DNA of 64,000 nt, taken from an uncultured Dehalococcoidales bacterium. GTDB lineage: Bacteria; Chloroflexota; UBA6077; FW602-bin22. This document shows, piece after piece, positions 36,567 to 45,922 of the stretch. How positions within the stretch are numbered: position 1 is the stretch's first letter; each line of letters opens with the position of its first letter. The stretch is from positions 1,724 through 65,723 of the forward strand of contig CAZHZF010000009.1 of the NCBI GenBank assembly GCA_964536925.1, in the 5' to 3' direction. The notes beneath the pieces are model-generated. The model was not told the DNA's origin. It saw only the letters and a list, made by a program, of their open reading frames with translations, and ran no database searches. Position numbers and translations under genes: made by a program.

Positions 36567-37240
36567 TGCCACCCAACCGCGGCACGCGAGCAGGCCAGGG
36601 CGCGGCACCGGCCGGAACTCCGCCTGCCGCGCCCACCGCGCGTCGGCAATCCTCCGGGACGATGGCTCTCACACTCGGGGCCGTCTTCCTGCTGTCGGTC
36701 GGGATCATCATCTACGCGTTGTGGTCGCTGCTTATGGGTGGCGACGAGATGGTGCTGCCGCCGATTCCGACCCGGGCACCGGTGTCTATCCCGGCCGGAG
36801 CCGTCCAGTTCAACAGCATCGAGGAGTTCGAGCGCGGATTCCGCGGTCGCACGAACGCCCCGTTCGCCCTGGTCGTTCGGAATGCGGACCTCACCACTCG
36901 CATCGCGGCTGAGACGCAGAAGAACCCGACGCTGCCGTTTCGGGTCACCCAGACGGAGATCCAGGACGGTCGCATCACCCTCATCGGCCAATTGCGGGTT
37001 CCAGGTGGATTCGATGCACCGGCACGCGTGGTAATCGAGCCGCGGGCGATCTCAGGTCGCGTTCAATACGATATCCCGGAGATCGACTTCGGGCCGATCC
37101 CCGCTCCCGGCCCGGCCCGAGACATCATCGCAGATACCATCGATCGATCGCTGTCGGACCTTCGGATCAGTGAGACCATGTTTGTCGAGGGTCTCGAGGC
37201 GCGCGGAGGCGCGCTCACGATCGTCGGGCGCTTGAGGTAG
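36566..37240 (+). CDS. Bitopic membrane protein (basic/Pro-rich N-tail, one TM, ~150-aa extracytoplasmic domain; DUF2993/LmeA-like impression)
   Basis: TM segment 'LTLGAVFLLSVGIIIYALWSLL'. Translationally coupled on both sides (TGATG upstream; a 3-nt gap to pbp2). Confidence 0.6.
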   Translation: MPPNRGTRAGQGAAPAGTPPAAPTARRQSSGTMALTLGAVFLLSVGIIIYALWSLLMGGDEMVLPPIPTRAPVSIPAGAVQFNSIEEFERGFRGRTNAPFALVVRNADLTTRIAAETQKNPTLPFRVTQTEIQDGRITLIGQLRVPGGFDAPARVVIEPRAISGRVQYDIPEIDFGPIPAPGPARDIIADTIDRSLSDLRISETMFVEGLEARGGALTIVGRLR

Positions 37241-37243
37241 GGC

Positions 37244-39154
37244 GTGGGATCCATCGAACCGATCCGCTCCATCGGCGAAGTGCCGGACGAGCCGACCGAT
37301 CCGTACCGGCGCCGCCTGCTGACTTTCGGAGCGATTGGAGCGGCCGCCTCGCTGGCGGTGCTCGGGCGCCTTGGCTTCGTCCAGTTACTCGGTTCGGATG
37401 TCTATCGGGCGGAAGCCGAACAGAATCGGACGTCCGAGCAGGCGCTTCCCGCCGATCGCGGATTGATCGTCGATCGGAACGAACTCCCTCTGGCGCGCAA
37501 TCAGGCGGCGTTCGATATCGGGGTGGTCCCGGCGAATCTCCCCACGCGAGAGGCGGAGATAGCGGCGGTGTTCGAGTACCTGGGGACAGTCCTGGGCCTG
37601 AACCCCGCGGACCTCCGTGCCGCGTTCATCAATCGCAAGCAGGCGAACCCGTTCTCCTTCGTTCCGGTCGTGCGAGCTCAGTCACCCGAGGTCGCGCACC
37701 GCATTCAAGAGCACCTGCCGCGCTTGCCGGGAGTCGATGTCCGTGCACGTGCCCGGCGGGAGTACGTCGATCCGCTCGTGACAGCACACGTCACCGGCTA
37801 TGTGGGACCTGTTACTACGGAGGAACTCGGGGCGGCCCGTGATGCGGCGGGCGCGCGATACGACCTCGACGACACCATCGGCAAGATGGGCGTGGAATAC
37901 ACCAGGGAATGGGACCTGCGCGGACTGTCCGGCGTACGTCGGACGGAGGTTGACGTCGAGGGGCGATTCAAACGGCTCATCGGCGAGGAGCCGTCACGGG
38001 CAGGTCGCACCGTCCGGGTGACGATCGATTTGCCTTTCCAGCGCGAGGTTACGCGGCTGCTTCAGCAAGGGATCGCCGCCCACGAGGCCGCGAGCGTGGT
38101 CGCGCTCGACCCGCGTAATGGCGACGTGATCGCCATGGTCCATCTTCCATCGTTCGATCCGAACACTCTCGTCGTCGGATTGAGCGATGCGGAGTTCGAC
38201 CATCTGCAACGTACCGGTGATGTCTTCCTGAATGGTGCCATCACCTCGGCCTATTCTCCGGGGTCCTTATTCAAGGTGGTGACCGCGATCGCGGGGTTGC
38301 ACGAAGCCGTGATCCAGGACAACGCCCAACTTGACTGTCAGGGTGAACTCGTCTTTCCGTCGCGGCTCACCCCTGGTGGGGCGGCTCGGTTTCCGTGCTG
38401 GGCGAGGCATGGCACGCAGGATTGCGCCAGTGCACTGGCGAACTCGTGCAACACGTTCTTCTACCAGGTCGGGGCGGGGGATCCCCGTGGGGATTGGAAC
38501 GGCCTGGGGATCGAGCGACTTGCCCGGTGGGCGCGCGCCTTGGGGCTCGGGACACCCACCGGCATCGATCTCCCCGGCGAAGTGGCGGGCCTCGTGCCCG
38601 ATCCGGAATGGAAGCGCCGCGAGCGGCGGGAGGACTGGTTCAAAGGGGACTCATACAACGTGGCTATCGGCCAGGGCTTCGTCACGGTCACTCCCCTTCA
38701 GGCCGCCAATCTGATCGCAACCGTGGCGAACGGCGGTCGCGTTCTGCGGCCGCGCATCGTGCGCGACGTGCACGATCACGGCACAACCGCGCCAGGTCAG
38801 CGCCGACCTGTGGTCATTCGTGACCTGGGACTCGACCCGGCACACCTCCAGATCGTTCGCGCGGGTCTGCATGCATCGATGCGTCTCGGCCGCTCGCCGT
38901 TGGGCTCACCTATCGCCGGCACGGCATGGCGCTCGGGGTTGCGCGATCTCCCCGTTGCGGGGAAGACGGGCACCGCCGAATGGGTGACATCCGCGGGAGA
39001 GCGCCGGACCCACGGGTGGTTCGCGGGTTGGGCGCCCTTCGATGATCCGCAGCTCGCCGTTGCGGTCTTCCTAAGGAATGGCCCCGGGGGGACCGAAGCG
39101 GCGCGGCTCGCACGGGACATGTTCGCGTTCTACTTCGGCGTGGCGGAGGCCTGA
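37244..39154 (+). CDS. mrdA: Penicillin-binding protein 2 (elongation-specific class B transpeptidase)
   Basis: N-terminal TM, 'SLFKVVT' (SxxK), 'SCN' (SxN), 'KTGTAE' (KTG). Confidence 0.9.
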   Translation: MGSIEPIRSIGEVPDEPTDPYRRRLLTFGAIGAAASLAVLGRLGFVQLLGSDVYRAEAEQNRTSEQALPADRGLIVDRNELPLARNQAAFDIGVVPANLPTREAEIAAVFEYLGTVLGLNPADLRAAFINRKQANPFSFVPVVRAQSPEVAHRIQEHLPRLPGVDVRARARREYVDPLVTAHVTGYVGPVTTEELGAARDAAGARYDLDDTIGKMGVEYTREWDLRGLSGVRRTEVDVEGRFKRLIGEEPSRAGRTVRVTIDLPFQREVTRLLQQGIAAHEAASVVALDPRNGDVIAMVHLPSFDPNTLVVGLSDAEFDHLQRTGDVFLNGAITSAYSPGSLFKVVTAIAGLHEAVIQDNAQLDCQGELVFPSRLTPGGAARFPCWARHGTQDCASALANSCNTFFYQVGAGDPRGDWNGLGIERLARWARALGLGTPTGIDLPGEVAGLVPDPEWKRRERREDWFKGDSYNVAIGQGFVTVTPLQAANLIATVANGGRVLRPRIVRDVHDHGTTAPGQRRPVVIRDLGLDPAHLQIVRAGLHASMRLGRSPLGSPIAGTAWRSGLRDLPVAGKTGTAEWVTSAGERRTHGWFAGWAPFDDPQLAVAVFLRNGPGGTEAARLARDMFAFYFGVAEA

Positions 39155-39156
39155 CT

Positions 39157-40263
39157 CTGGAGACTCGAGCGTGGCGTCACTTCGACTATCCGCTGATCAT
39201 CGGAACATTCGCCCTGTTAGGCCTCGGTGTCGTGATGATCTTCAGCGCGACGCAATCCTCCGCCGATGGCATCCGTGTGACACCTCTGGTGATTCGCCAT
39301 CTGGTCTACCTGGCGATAGGAACGGGTTTTCTCTTTCTCTTCGCGTTCACTGACTATCGCGGCCTAGCGTCGCTCGCCTACCCGATGTACGGCATAGGGC
39401 TCCTGGCCCTCATCATCGTGCTGATTCTTGGTCGAATGGAGCATGGATCCACACGCTGGATCAACCTCTTCGATCTGATCCAGATTCAGCCGTCGGAGCC
39501 GGCCAAGCTCGCAACAGTCCTGGCGCTGGCCCGGTTCTTCTCGACCCACCGGGAGTCGATCCATCGTCCACGCACCGTTGCGCTCTCGCTGGTGCTCGTC
39601 GCCGTGCCCGCGTTGCTCGTGGTGGTGGAACCGGACCTGGGAACCTCACTGGTGTACTTCGCGATCTGGGCCGGGGTCGCCTTCATTGCCGGCGTTCCGC
39701 TGTGCTACTTCCTCATCCTCGGCGTCGCCGCGGTTGGCCTGGCACGACTCATCTGGCCGCTGGCGCCGAGATACATGCAGGATCGCCTCACCATCTTCCT
39801 GGATCCCGAAGCTGATCCGACGGGACAGGGGTACAACATCATCCAGGCCGCGATCTCGGTCGGATCGGGAGGGCTGTTCGGTCGAGGATTCCTCAGCGGC
39901 ACCCAGAGCCAACTCGAGTTCCTGCGCGTTCGCTACGCCGACTTCATCTTCTCGGTCCTTGCCGAGGAACTCGGATTCATTGGCGCCGGAATCCTGTTCG
40001 TTCTCGTGACGATTGTCGTCCTGCGCGGCCTTCGGGCAGCGGCGATCGCATCGGAGCCTTTCGGTCGCCTGATCACCGTGGGCGTCGTCAGTATGCTGCT
40101 GTTTCAGTTTGTCGTGAACGTCGGCATGAACGTTCGGCTCCTGCCGGTCACCGGCATTCCGCTGCCTTTCATCAGTTACGGGGGCAGCTCCCTGATCACG
40201 TTCCTGGCCGGGATCGGATTGGTGCAGAGCATTACCATGCGCCACCAGAAACTCGAGTTCTGA
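39157..40263 (+). CDS. rodA: SEDS glycosyltransferase RodA (proposed CTG start)
   Basis: 'RWINLFDLIQIQPSEPAKL', 'GLFGRGFLSGTQSQLEFL..RYADFIFSVLAEELGF', 'TGIPLPFISYGGSS'. The conserved TM1 'WRHFDYPLIIGTFALLGLGVVMIFSAT' lies upstream of the track start at 39232. GGAGG 39145-39149 sits 7 nt before CTG 39157. Confidence 0.85.
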   Translation: METRAWRHFDYPLIIGTFALLGLGVVMIFSATQSSADGIRVTPLVIRHLVYLAIGTGFLFLFAFTDYRGLASLAYPMYGIGLLALIIVLILGRMEHGSTRWINLFDLIQIQPSEPAKLATVLALARFFSTHRESIHRPRTVALSLVLVAVPALLVVVEPDLGTSLVYFAIWAGVAFIAGVPLCYFLILGVAAVGLARLIWPLAPRYMQDRLTIFLDPEADPTGQGYNIIQAAISVGSGGLFGRGFLSGTQSQLEFLRVRYADFIFSVLAEELGFIGAGILFVLVTIVVLRGLRAAAIASEPFGRLITVGVVSMLLFQFVVNVGMNVRLLPVTGIPLPFISYGGSSLITFLAGIGLVQSITMRHQKLEF

Positions 40264-40281
40264 GCTCAGGACGGCCCCTCC

Positions 40282-41646
40282 ATGACGTACGTTCCCCACA
40301 CCGCGCTCGACCGCACGGAGATGCTCGCGACCATTGGCGTTCGATCGATCGAGGACCTCTTCGCGGACATTCCCGCCGATCGGCGCATCCACCATCTGGA
40401 TCTCCCGGATCCCCTTTCGGAGATGGAGACTGCCCGCCTGATGGCGCGGATCGCCGGTGAGAATCAGCCCCTCACCAATCTGGCCAGCTTCCTGGGCGCG
40501 GGTGGCTATCGCCACTTCATCCCATCGGTTGTGGCCCACATCACCGGCCGGAGCGAGTTCTACACCGCCTACACCCCCTATCAGCCAGAGGTCAGCCAGG
40601 GCACACTCCAGGTCATCTACGAGTATCAATCGATGGTCGCCGAACTGACCGGCATGGATGTGGCCAACGCCTCGATGTACGACGGCGCGAGCGCGCTCGG
40701 CGAAGCCGTCCTGATGGCGGCGGCCGTGACGCGCCGCAAACGCGTCGCGATCGCCTCTTCGGTGCACCCGCAGTACCGGGCCGTGGCCGAGACCTATGCG
40801 AGCGGACCGGATATCGACGTCCGCATGATTGCCCAAACACATGCCGGCGCGTTCGACGCGCGCCTCAGCGTGGCGGCGGCGACGGCATCTCTGGATGATT
40901 CGTGCGCCGCGCTCATCGTTCAGCAACCGAACTTCCTCGGGGCGATCGAAGATCTGCGCGCGCTCGCTGATGCGGCGCACCGCGTGGGCGCTCTCCTCAT
41001 CGTGGCCGTGAACCCGATCGCGCTCGCTCTGCTGGAGTCGCCCGGCAGCGCCGGAGCCGACATCGTGGTCGGCGAGGGCCAGCCTCTCGGCATCCCGCTG
41101 TCGTTTGGCGGGCCGTGGCTCGGCATCTTCGCGGCGCGCAATGAGTTCGTCCGCCAGATGCCGGGGCGCATCGTGGGTATCACCACCGACGTGGATGGGC
41201 GGCGTGGACTGGTCCTCACACTTCAGTCGCGCGAGCAGCACATCAGGCGAGAGAGGGCCACCTCGAACATCTGCACCAATCAGGCCCTGTGCGCTCTGGC
41301 CTCCACGGTCTATCTCGCGACGGTCGGACGAATCGGCTTGCGAACAGTGGCCCGACTCTGTCTCGAGCGCGCCCACGACGCGGCGAGGCGCATCGGGGCT
41401 CTGCCGGGCGTTCGACTCGCCTGCACGTCACCCTTCTTTCACGAGTTCGTCGTTCGGACGCCGCTGCCGGGCACGGAACTCCTCCACCGCCTGCGGGCAG
41501 ACGGCGTAATTGGCGGCTACCCGCTCGGTCGCGACTACCACGACTTGCAGGACGCGATCCTGGTGTGTGTCACCGAGGCGAACACAACCGAAGAGATCGA
41601 TCTACTGGTCGGCGCGATCGGCCGACACGTCCCGGGAGCGAACTGA
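40282..41646 (+). CDS. gcvPA: Glycine dehydrogenase (decarboxylating) subunit 1
   Basis: 'FLGAGGYRHFIP', 'YTPYQPE.SQG.LQ', 'GGP..G'. 454 aa. Confidence 0.95.
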   Translation: MTYVPHTALDRTEMLATIGVRSIEDLFADIPADRRIHHLDLPDPLSEMETARLMARIAGENQPLTNLASFLGAGGYRHFIPSVVAHITGRSEFYTAYTPYQPEVSQGTLQVIYEYQSMVAELTGMDVANASMYDGASALGEAVLMAAAVTRRKRVAIASSVHPQYRAVAETYASGPDIDVRMIAQTHAGAFDARLSVAAATASLDDSCAALIVQQPNFLGAIEDLRALADAAHRVGALLIVAVNPIALALLESPGSAGADIVVGEGQPLGIPLSFGGPWLGIFAARNEFVRQMPGRIVGITTDVDGRRGLVLTLQSREQHIRRERATSNICTNQALCALASTVYLATVGRIGLRTVARLCLERAHDAARRIGALPGVRLACTSPFFHEFVVRTPLPGTELLHRLRADGVIGGYPLGRDYHDLQDAILVCVTEANTTEEIDLLVGAIGRHVPGAN

Positions 41647-43112
41647 TGACCGATCGATTGCTGTTCGAGATCTCGCACCCCGGCCGCACGGGGGTCAGCC
41701 TCCCCGAGCCGGAGGACACGATACCCCTCGCCGATCTCCTGCCGGGAGTGGCGCTGCGCGAGGAACTGCGGCTTCCAGAGGTCGCCCAGTTGGACGTGGT
41801 CCGTCATTTCGTGCGGCTCTCGCAGAAGAACTTCTCGATCGATACGAACTTCTATCCGCTCGGGTCCTGCACGATGAAGTACAACCCGAAGATCCACGAG
41901 GACGTGGTGCGACTGGATGGGTTCGCCCACCTTCATCCTGCGCAGGACGAGGACGACGTCCAGGGCGCGCTCCGATTGATGGCGGAACTGGAGGGGTACC
42001 TCGCCGAGATCGCGGGGATGAAGGCGGTCTCGCTGCAACCCGCGGCGGGCGCCCACGGCGAACTCACCGGCGTCCTGATCATGCGCGCGTTCCATCGCGA
42101 GCGCGGGGACGCGGCGCGACGCCGCATTCTCGTGCCTGACAGCGCCCACGGCACGAACCCGGCTACCGCGGCCATCTGCGGGTACGAAGTCACGCCGATC
42201 CGCTCCGATGAGCGCGGGGGAGTCGATCTCAGCGATCTGGCCGGCAAATTGGGGAGCGATGTCGCCGGTCTGATGGTGACGATCCCCAGCACACTTGGGC
42301 TCTTCGATGAGGGAATCGCGACGGTCGCGGACATGGTGCACCGGGCGGGCGGCCTGGTGTACTGCGACGGCGCGAACCTGAACGCGGTCGTCGGCCGGGC
42401 ACGGTTTGGCGATCTCGGCGGAGACATCATGCACTTCAACCTCCACAAGACCTTCACCACGCCGCACGGCGGGGGTGGACCTGGCGCGGGGCCGGTGGCG
42501 GTACGGGCCGACCTCGAGCGCTACCTCCCGGTCCCCAGGATCGTGCCGCACCCGGATCGCGAGGGCGTCTATACCTGTGAAACCGCCCGCCCCCTGTCGG
42601 TAGGGCGCGTGCGGTCGTTCTTTGGAAACTTCGGCATGCTGGTCCGCGCCTATACGTACATCCGCATGCTGGGCTACGCCGGGCTCGCCGATGTCTCCGG
42701 ATGCGCGGTGTTGAACGCCAACTATCTCCGCGTGAGACTGTCGGACGTCTACGACGTACCGTACGATCGCATCTGCATGCACGAGTTCGTGATGTCTGCC
42801 CGCCGCCAGAAGGCTGTGAGCGGGGTCCGGGCGCTCGACATCGCGAAGCGACTGATCGATTTCGGCTATCACCCGCCCACAATCTACTTCCCCCTCGTCG
42901 TCGAGGAGGCGCTCATGATCGAACCGACCGAAACCGAAAATCGCGAGACCCTCGACGCCTTTGTGGACACGATGCGACGCATCGCGACCGAGGCCAGCGA
43001 CACACCGGAGGTCCTGCAGGAGGCGCCCCACGGTACGCCGGTGCGCAGGCTCGACGAGGTCACGGCGGCTCGTCGTCCCAACGTGCGGTATCAGGCAGTG
43101 GCGGCTCCGTGA
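41646..43112 (+). CDS. gcvPB: Glycine dehydrogenase (decarboxylating) subunit 2
   Basis: 'MTDRLLFE.S.PGR', 'PLGSCTMKYNP', PLP site 'HFNLHKTF..PHGGGGPG'. The ATG overlaps the gcvPA stop (TGATG). Confidence 0.95.
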   Translation: MTDRLLFEISHPGRTGVSLPEPEDTIPLADLLPGVALREELRLPEVAQLDVVRHFVRLSQKNFSIDTNFYPLGSCTMKYNPKIHEDVVRLDGFAHLHPAQDEDDVQGALRLMAELEGYLAEIAGMKAVSLQPAAGAHGELTGVLIMRAFHRERGDAARRRILVPDSAHGTNPATAAICGYEVTPIRSDERGGVDLSDLAGKLGSDVAGLMVTIPSTLGLFDEGIATVADMVHRAGGLVYCDGANLNAVVGRARFGDLGGDIMHFNLHKTFTTPHGGGGPGAGPVAVRADLERYLPVPRIVPHPDREGVYTCETARPLSVGRVRSFFGNFGMLVRAYTYIRMLGYAGLADVSGCAVLNANYLRVRLSDVYDVPYDRICMHEFVMSARRQKAVSGVRALDIAKRLIDFGYHPPTIYFPLVVEEALMIEPTETENRETLDAFVDTMRRIATEASDTPEVLQEAPHGTPVRRLDEVTAARRPNVRYQAVAAP

Positions 43113-43190
43113 TCCGGTCGGTGCCGATGACGCACGCCGTAGGCGCTCGGGGATGAGTTCAGGGGTGGGTCCCCGTGTGGAGGCGCGTGA

Positions 43191-43919
43191 TTGATCGGCG
43201 CGGGTCGCAAAGTGCATCCGGCGCGCGGCGCCATCCACCTCCCCCCGTGGCGCCATCGTCGAGAGATCGTCTCCCTCAATGAGGCGGATGTCGACCTTCG
43301 CGATACGCGCGCCGTCGACGACCTGGTCGTCGCAGCCAGTGATGCGGGCGCGGAACTCGTGGTGTTTTCGACAGCCGTACGGGCCGCTGGAGAGCCCCTC
43401 AGCGCCGCCGGATTCGCCCCGATCGAAGAGATCCTCGAACTGGAGCGACCATCCGACGGACTCATCCGCGGCGACATAGTGCCGACCGTCGCGGTTGAGA
43501 CCTTCTTGAACGACCTCGTTCGACTCGATCATGCCTGTTTCCCCTGGCTCTGGTGGAACAGTCCTGAGGAGATGGCGCGTTACGTCCAGAGCCCCGACGC
43601 GCTTGCCTGGCTCACGGGACCGATCGACGGGACACTCGCCGTGGACGCCTACATCGCAGTGACGCGGTCCGGAACCACCGGGTATATCGATCGCCTCGCC
43701 GTGGCTCCCGCGCGCCGCGGCCGGGGCCTGGGCGCGGCACTGACCCTTCACGCGATCGATCATCTCGCGCGATCGGGTGCCCGCCGCATCGCGCTGACGA
43801 CACAGCACGATAACGTTCGGGCCCAGAATCTGTATTCCCGCCTCGGATTTCGCCCCAATGGTTTCCGCCTCACGATCTGGGGACGCTGGATCGGTCAACC
43901 GCGCGATAGGACGCCCTGA
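43191..43919 (+). CDS. GNAT-family N-acetyltransferase
   Basis: 'YIDRLAVAPARRGRGLGAALTLHAI' (Q/RxxGxG/A acetyl-CoA motif), 'NVRAQNLYSRLGF'. Start uncertain (TTG 43191). Confidence 0.75.
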   Translation: MIGAGRKVHPARGAIHLPPWRHRREIVSLNEADVDLRDTRAVDDLVVAASDAGAELVVFSTAVRAAGEPLSAAGFAPIEEILELERPSDGLIRGDIVPTVAVETFLNDLVRLDHACFPWLWWNSPEEMARYVQSPDALAWLTGPIDGTLAVDAYIAVTRSGTTGYIDRLAVAPARRGRGLGAALTLHAIDHLARSGARRIALTTQHDNVRAQNLYSRLGFRPNGFRLTIWGRWIGQPRDRTP

Positions 43920-45148
43920 TGAAGGTTCTGATGCTCTCCTGGGAGTTCCCACCGCACAACGTGGGGGGGCTCGGCAAACACGTCATGGAACTGGTGCCGG
44001 CTCTGGCAAGAGCGGGCGTGGAGGTTCACCTCCTGACTCCCGGTTGGAGTGGCACGAGCGGCGAGGAGGTGGTGGAGCAGGTCGCGACTGTGGGCGCGGA
44101 CATCGCGCCCGCCACGACCACGATCTTCAGGGTCGAGCCGCCGTCGGAGGACATCGCGGACTTCTTCACGCACGCGATGCGGATGAACGTCGCGATCGGC
44201 GATGCGGGACGTCAGTTGCTCCGCGACGGGACCTACGATCTGATCCACGCGCACGACTGGCTGGTCGCTTTCGCGGGGGTTGGCCTCAAGCATGAGTTCC
44301 GCGTGCCGCTGGTCGCCACAATCCACGCGACGGAGTACGGCCGCAACCGAGGTCTTCCCACGGGTGATGTGCCCAGGGCCATCCATAACGTGGAGTGGTG
44401 GCTGACTTACGAGGCGTGGCGGGTCATCTGTTGCAGCCGTTACATGGCGAGCGAGATCCAGAGCGTCTTCGCGACGCCCGCGGACAAACTAGACGTCATC
44501 CCGAATGGCGTCGATCCCGGCCGTTTCGATGCGCTCGCCGGAGTCGATCTGACCGAGTTTCGCCGGCAGTACGCGAGCGATGATGAATCGGTGGTCTACT
44601 GTGTCGGACGCGTCGTTCACGAGAAGGGCGTGCACGTCCTCGTCGAGGCGATGCCGCATATCCTCGCGACCAGGCCCAGAACCAAGTTCGTGATCGCGGG
44701 CACGGGCGGGTCCCTGGCGCAGTGCCGTGCCCGCGTGCAGGAACTCGGTCTCGGCGAGAAGGTCTACTTCACCGGATTCATCTCCGACGAGGCGCGGGAT
44801 CGGCTCTTTCGCGTGGCGGACGTGGCGGTCTTTCCCAGTCTGTACGAGCCGTTCGGCATCGTGGCGATCGAGGCGATGGCGGCGGGGACTCCGGTTGTGG
44901 CGTCGGCCGTGGGCGGACTTGACGAGGTGGTTGACCTCCACGAAACCGGCATCAAGGTGTACCCCGACGATCCACGATCCATCGCCTGGGGCGTCGTCCA
45001 TACGCTGGACCATCCGGACTGGGCCGAGGCACGGGCCGCGAATGCGAGCCGGGTCGTCCGCGAGCGTTTCAACTGGGAAGGCGTCGCCCGTGACACCGTC
45101 GCTGTCTACGAGCGCGTCGTCGCCGAGAGGCGCCGCACGGACTGGTAA
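43919..45148 (+). CDS. GT-B glycosyltransferase (GT4 / glycogen-synthase-like)
   Basis: 'MKVLMLSWEFPPHNVGGLGKHV', 'HAHDW', 'PSLYEPFGIVAIEAMAAGTPVVAS..GGL.E'. Confidence 0.85.
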   Translation: MKVLMLSWEFPPHNVGGLGKHVMELVPALARAGVEVHLLTPGWSGTSGEEVVEQVATVGADIAPATTTIFRVEPPSEDIADFFTHAMRMNVAIGDAGRQLLRDGTYDLIHAHDWLVAFAGVGLKHEFRVPLVATIHATEYGRNRGLPTGDVPRAIHNVEWWLTYEAWRVICCSRYMASEIQSVFATPADKLDVIPNGVDPGRFDALAGVDLTEFRRQYASDDESVVYCVGRVVHEKGVHVLVEAMPHILATRPRTKFVIAGTGGSLAQCRARVQELGLGEKVYFTGFISDEARDRLFRVADVAVFPSLYEPFGIVAIEAMAAGTPVVASAVGGLDEVVDLHETGIKVYPDDPRSIAWGVVHTLDHPDWAEARAANASRVVRERFNWEGVARDTVAVYERVVAERRRTDW

Positions 45149-45151
45149 GGC

Positions 45152-45922
45152 GTGCGTTTCGATGTCCTGACCACCTTTCCGGAGATGATCCGTTGCTCCG
45201 TTGGTGTGAGCGTGATCGGACGAGCCTGCGAGCGCGGGCTCATCACCGTCCGGACCTGGGACATCCGCGACTTCGCGACCGATCGGCATCGAACGACCGA
45301 CGAACCGCCGTATGGCGGAGGGGCGGGCATGGTGATGCGGCCCGAGCCGATCTTCGCCGCGGTCGAGGCGGCGATCGCAGATTCACCAGCCGCCACCCTT
45401 CACCGCCGCGTGATCCTGCTCGCGGCGCAGGGTCAGCGTTTCACGCATCAGCGCGCTGGCGAGTTCGCGCTAGCGGATCAGATCGTACTGATCTGCGGGC
45501 GATATGAGGGCGTGGACGAGCGGGTTCGCGAGCATCTGGCCACGGATGCCCTCTCGATCGGCGACTACGTTCTCACCGGCGGGGAGATCGCCGCACTGGC
45601 CGTGATCGACGCGACCGCGCGCCTCGTGCCGGGAGTGCTGGGGTCGCCCGAGTCGGCAGTCGAGGAGTCGTTCGCGTCGGGGCTTCTGGAGTACCCGCAC
45701 TACACGAGGCCTCAGTCGTACCGTGGCTGGAACGTACCGACAGTCCTGCTCTCCGGCGACCACGGAGCGATCGCGCGATGGCGCCGCGAGCGGTCGATCG
45801 AGCGCACGATGGCGGAGCGACCCGACCTCCTCGAATCGGCGGCGCTCTCCGACTCGGATCGTCGGTACCTCGGCACATTGCGGCCGCGGCCCGACCCGGA
45901 CGGGTCGCCGGACGATCCCTGA
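45152..45922 (+). CDS. trmD: tRNA (guanine37-N1)-methyltransferase
   Basis: 'FDVLT.FPEM', 'YGGGAGMVM', 'CGRYEGVDERV', 'SIGDYVLTGGE'. Confidence 0.95.
   Translation: MRFDVLTTFPEMIRCSVGVSVIGRACERGLITVRTWDIRDFATDRHRTTDEPPYGGGAGMVMRPEPIFAAVEAAIADSPAATLHRRVILLAAQGQRFTHQRAGEFALADQIVLICGRYEGVDERVREHLATDALSIGDYVLTGGEIAALAVIDATARLVPGVLGSPESAVEESFASGLLEYPHYTRPQSYRGWNVPTVLLSGDHGAIARWRRERSIERTMAERPDLLESAALSDSDRRYLGTLRPRPDPDGSPDDP

Noticed and set aside
34941-36608. A 555-aa minus-strand ORF opposite the coiled-coil gene
   Set aside because: This is a shadow ORF. The + frame has consistent GC-rich third positions and a coherent coiled-coil sequence, and it is coupled to the downstream genes. The minus-strand translation is low-complexity and has no motifs.
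41535-43952. An 805-aa minus-strand ORF, and similar long antisense ORFs at 9961-11700, 39646-41376, 60662-62404, 31138-32439, 5023-6195 and 1064-2134
   Set aside because: All lie antisense to genes with unambiguous family motifs (gcvPB, PBP1A, rodA/gcvPA, the isomerase pair, NlpC/P60, the oxoamine synthase, the loader). Their translations are Arg/Gly/Pro/Asp-rich with no motifs.
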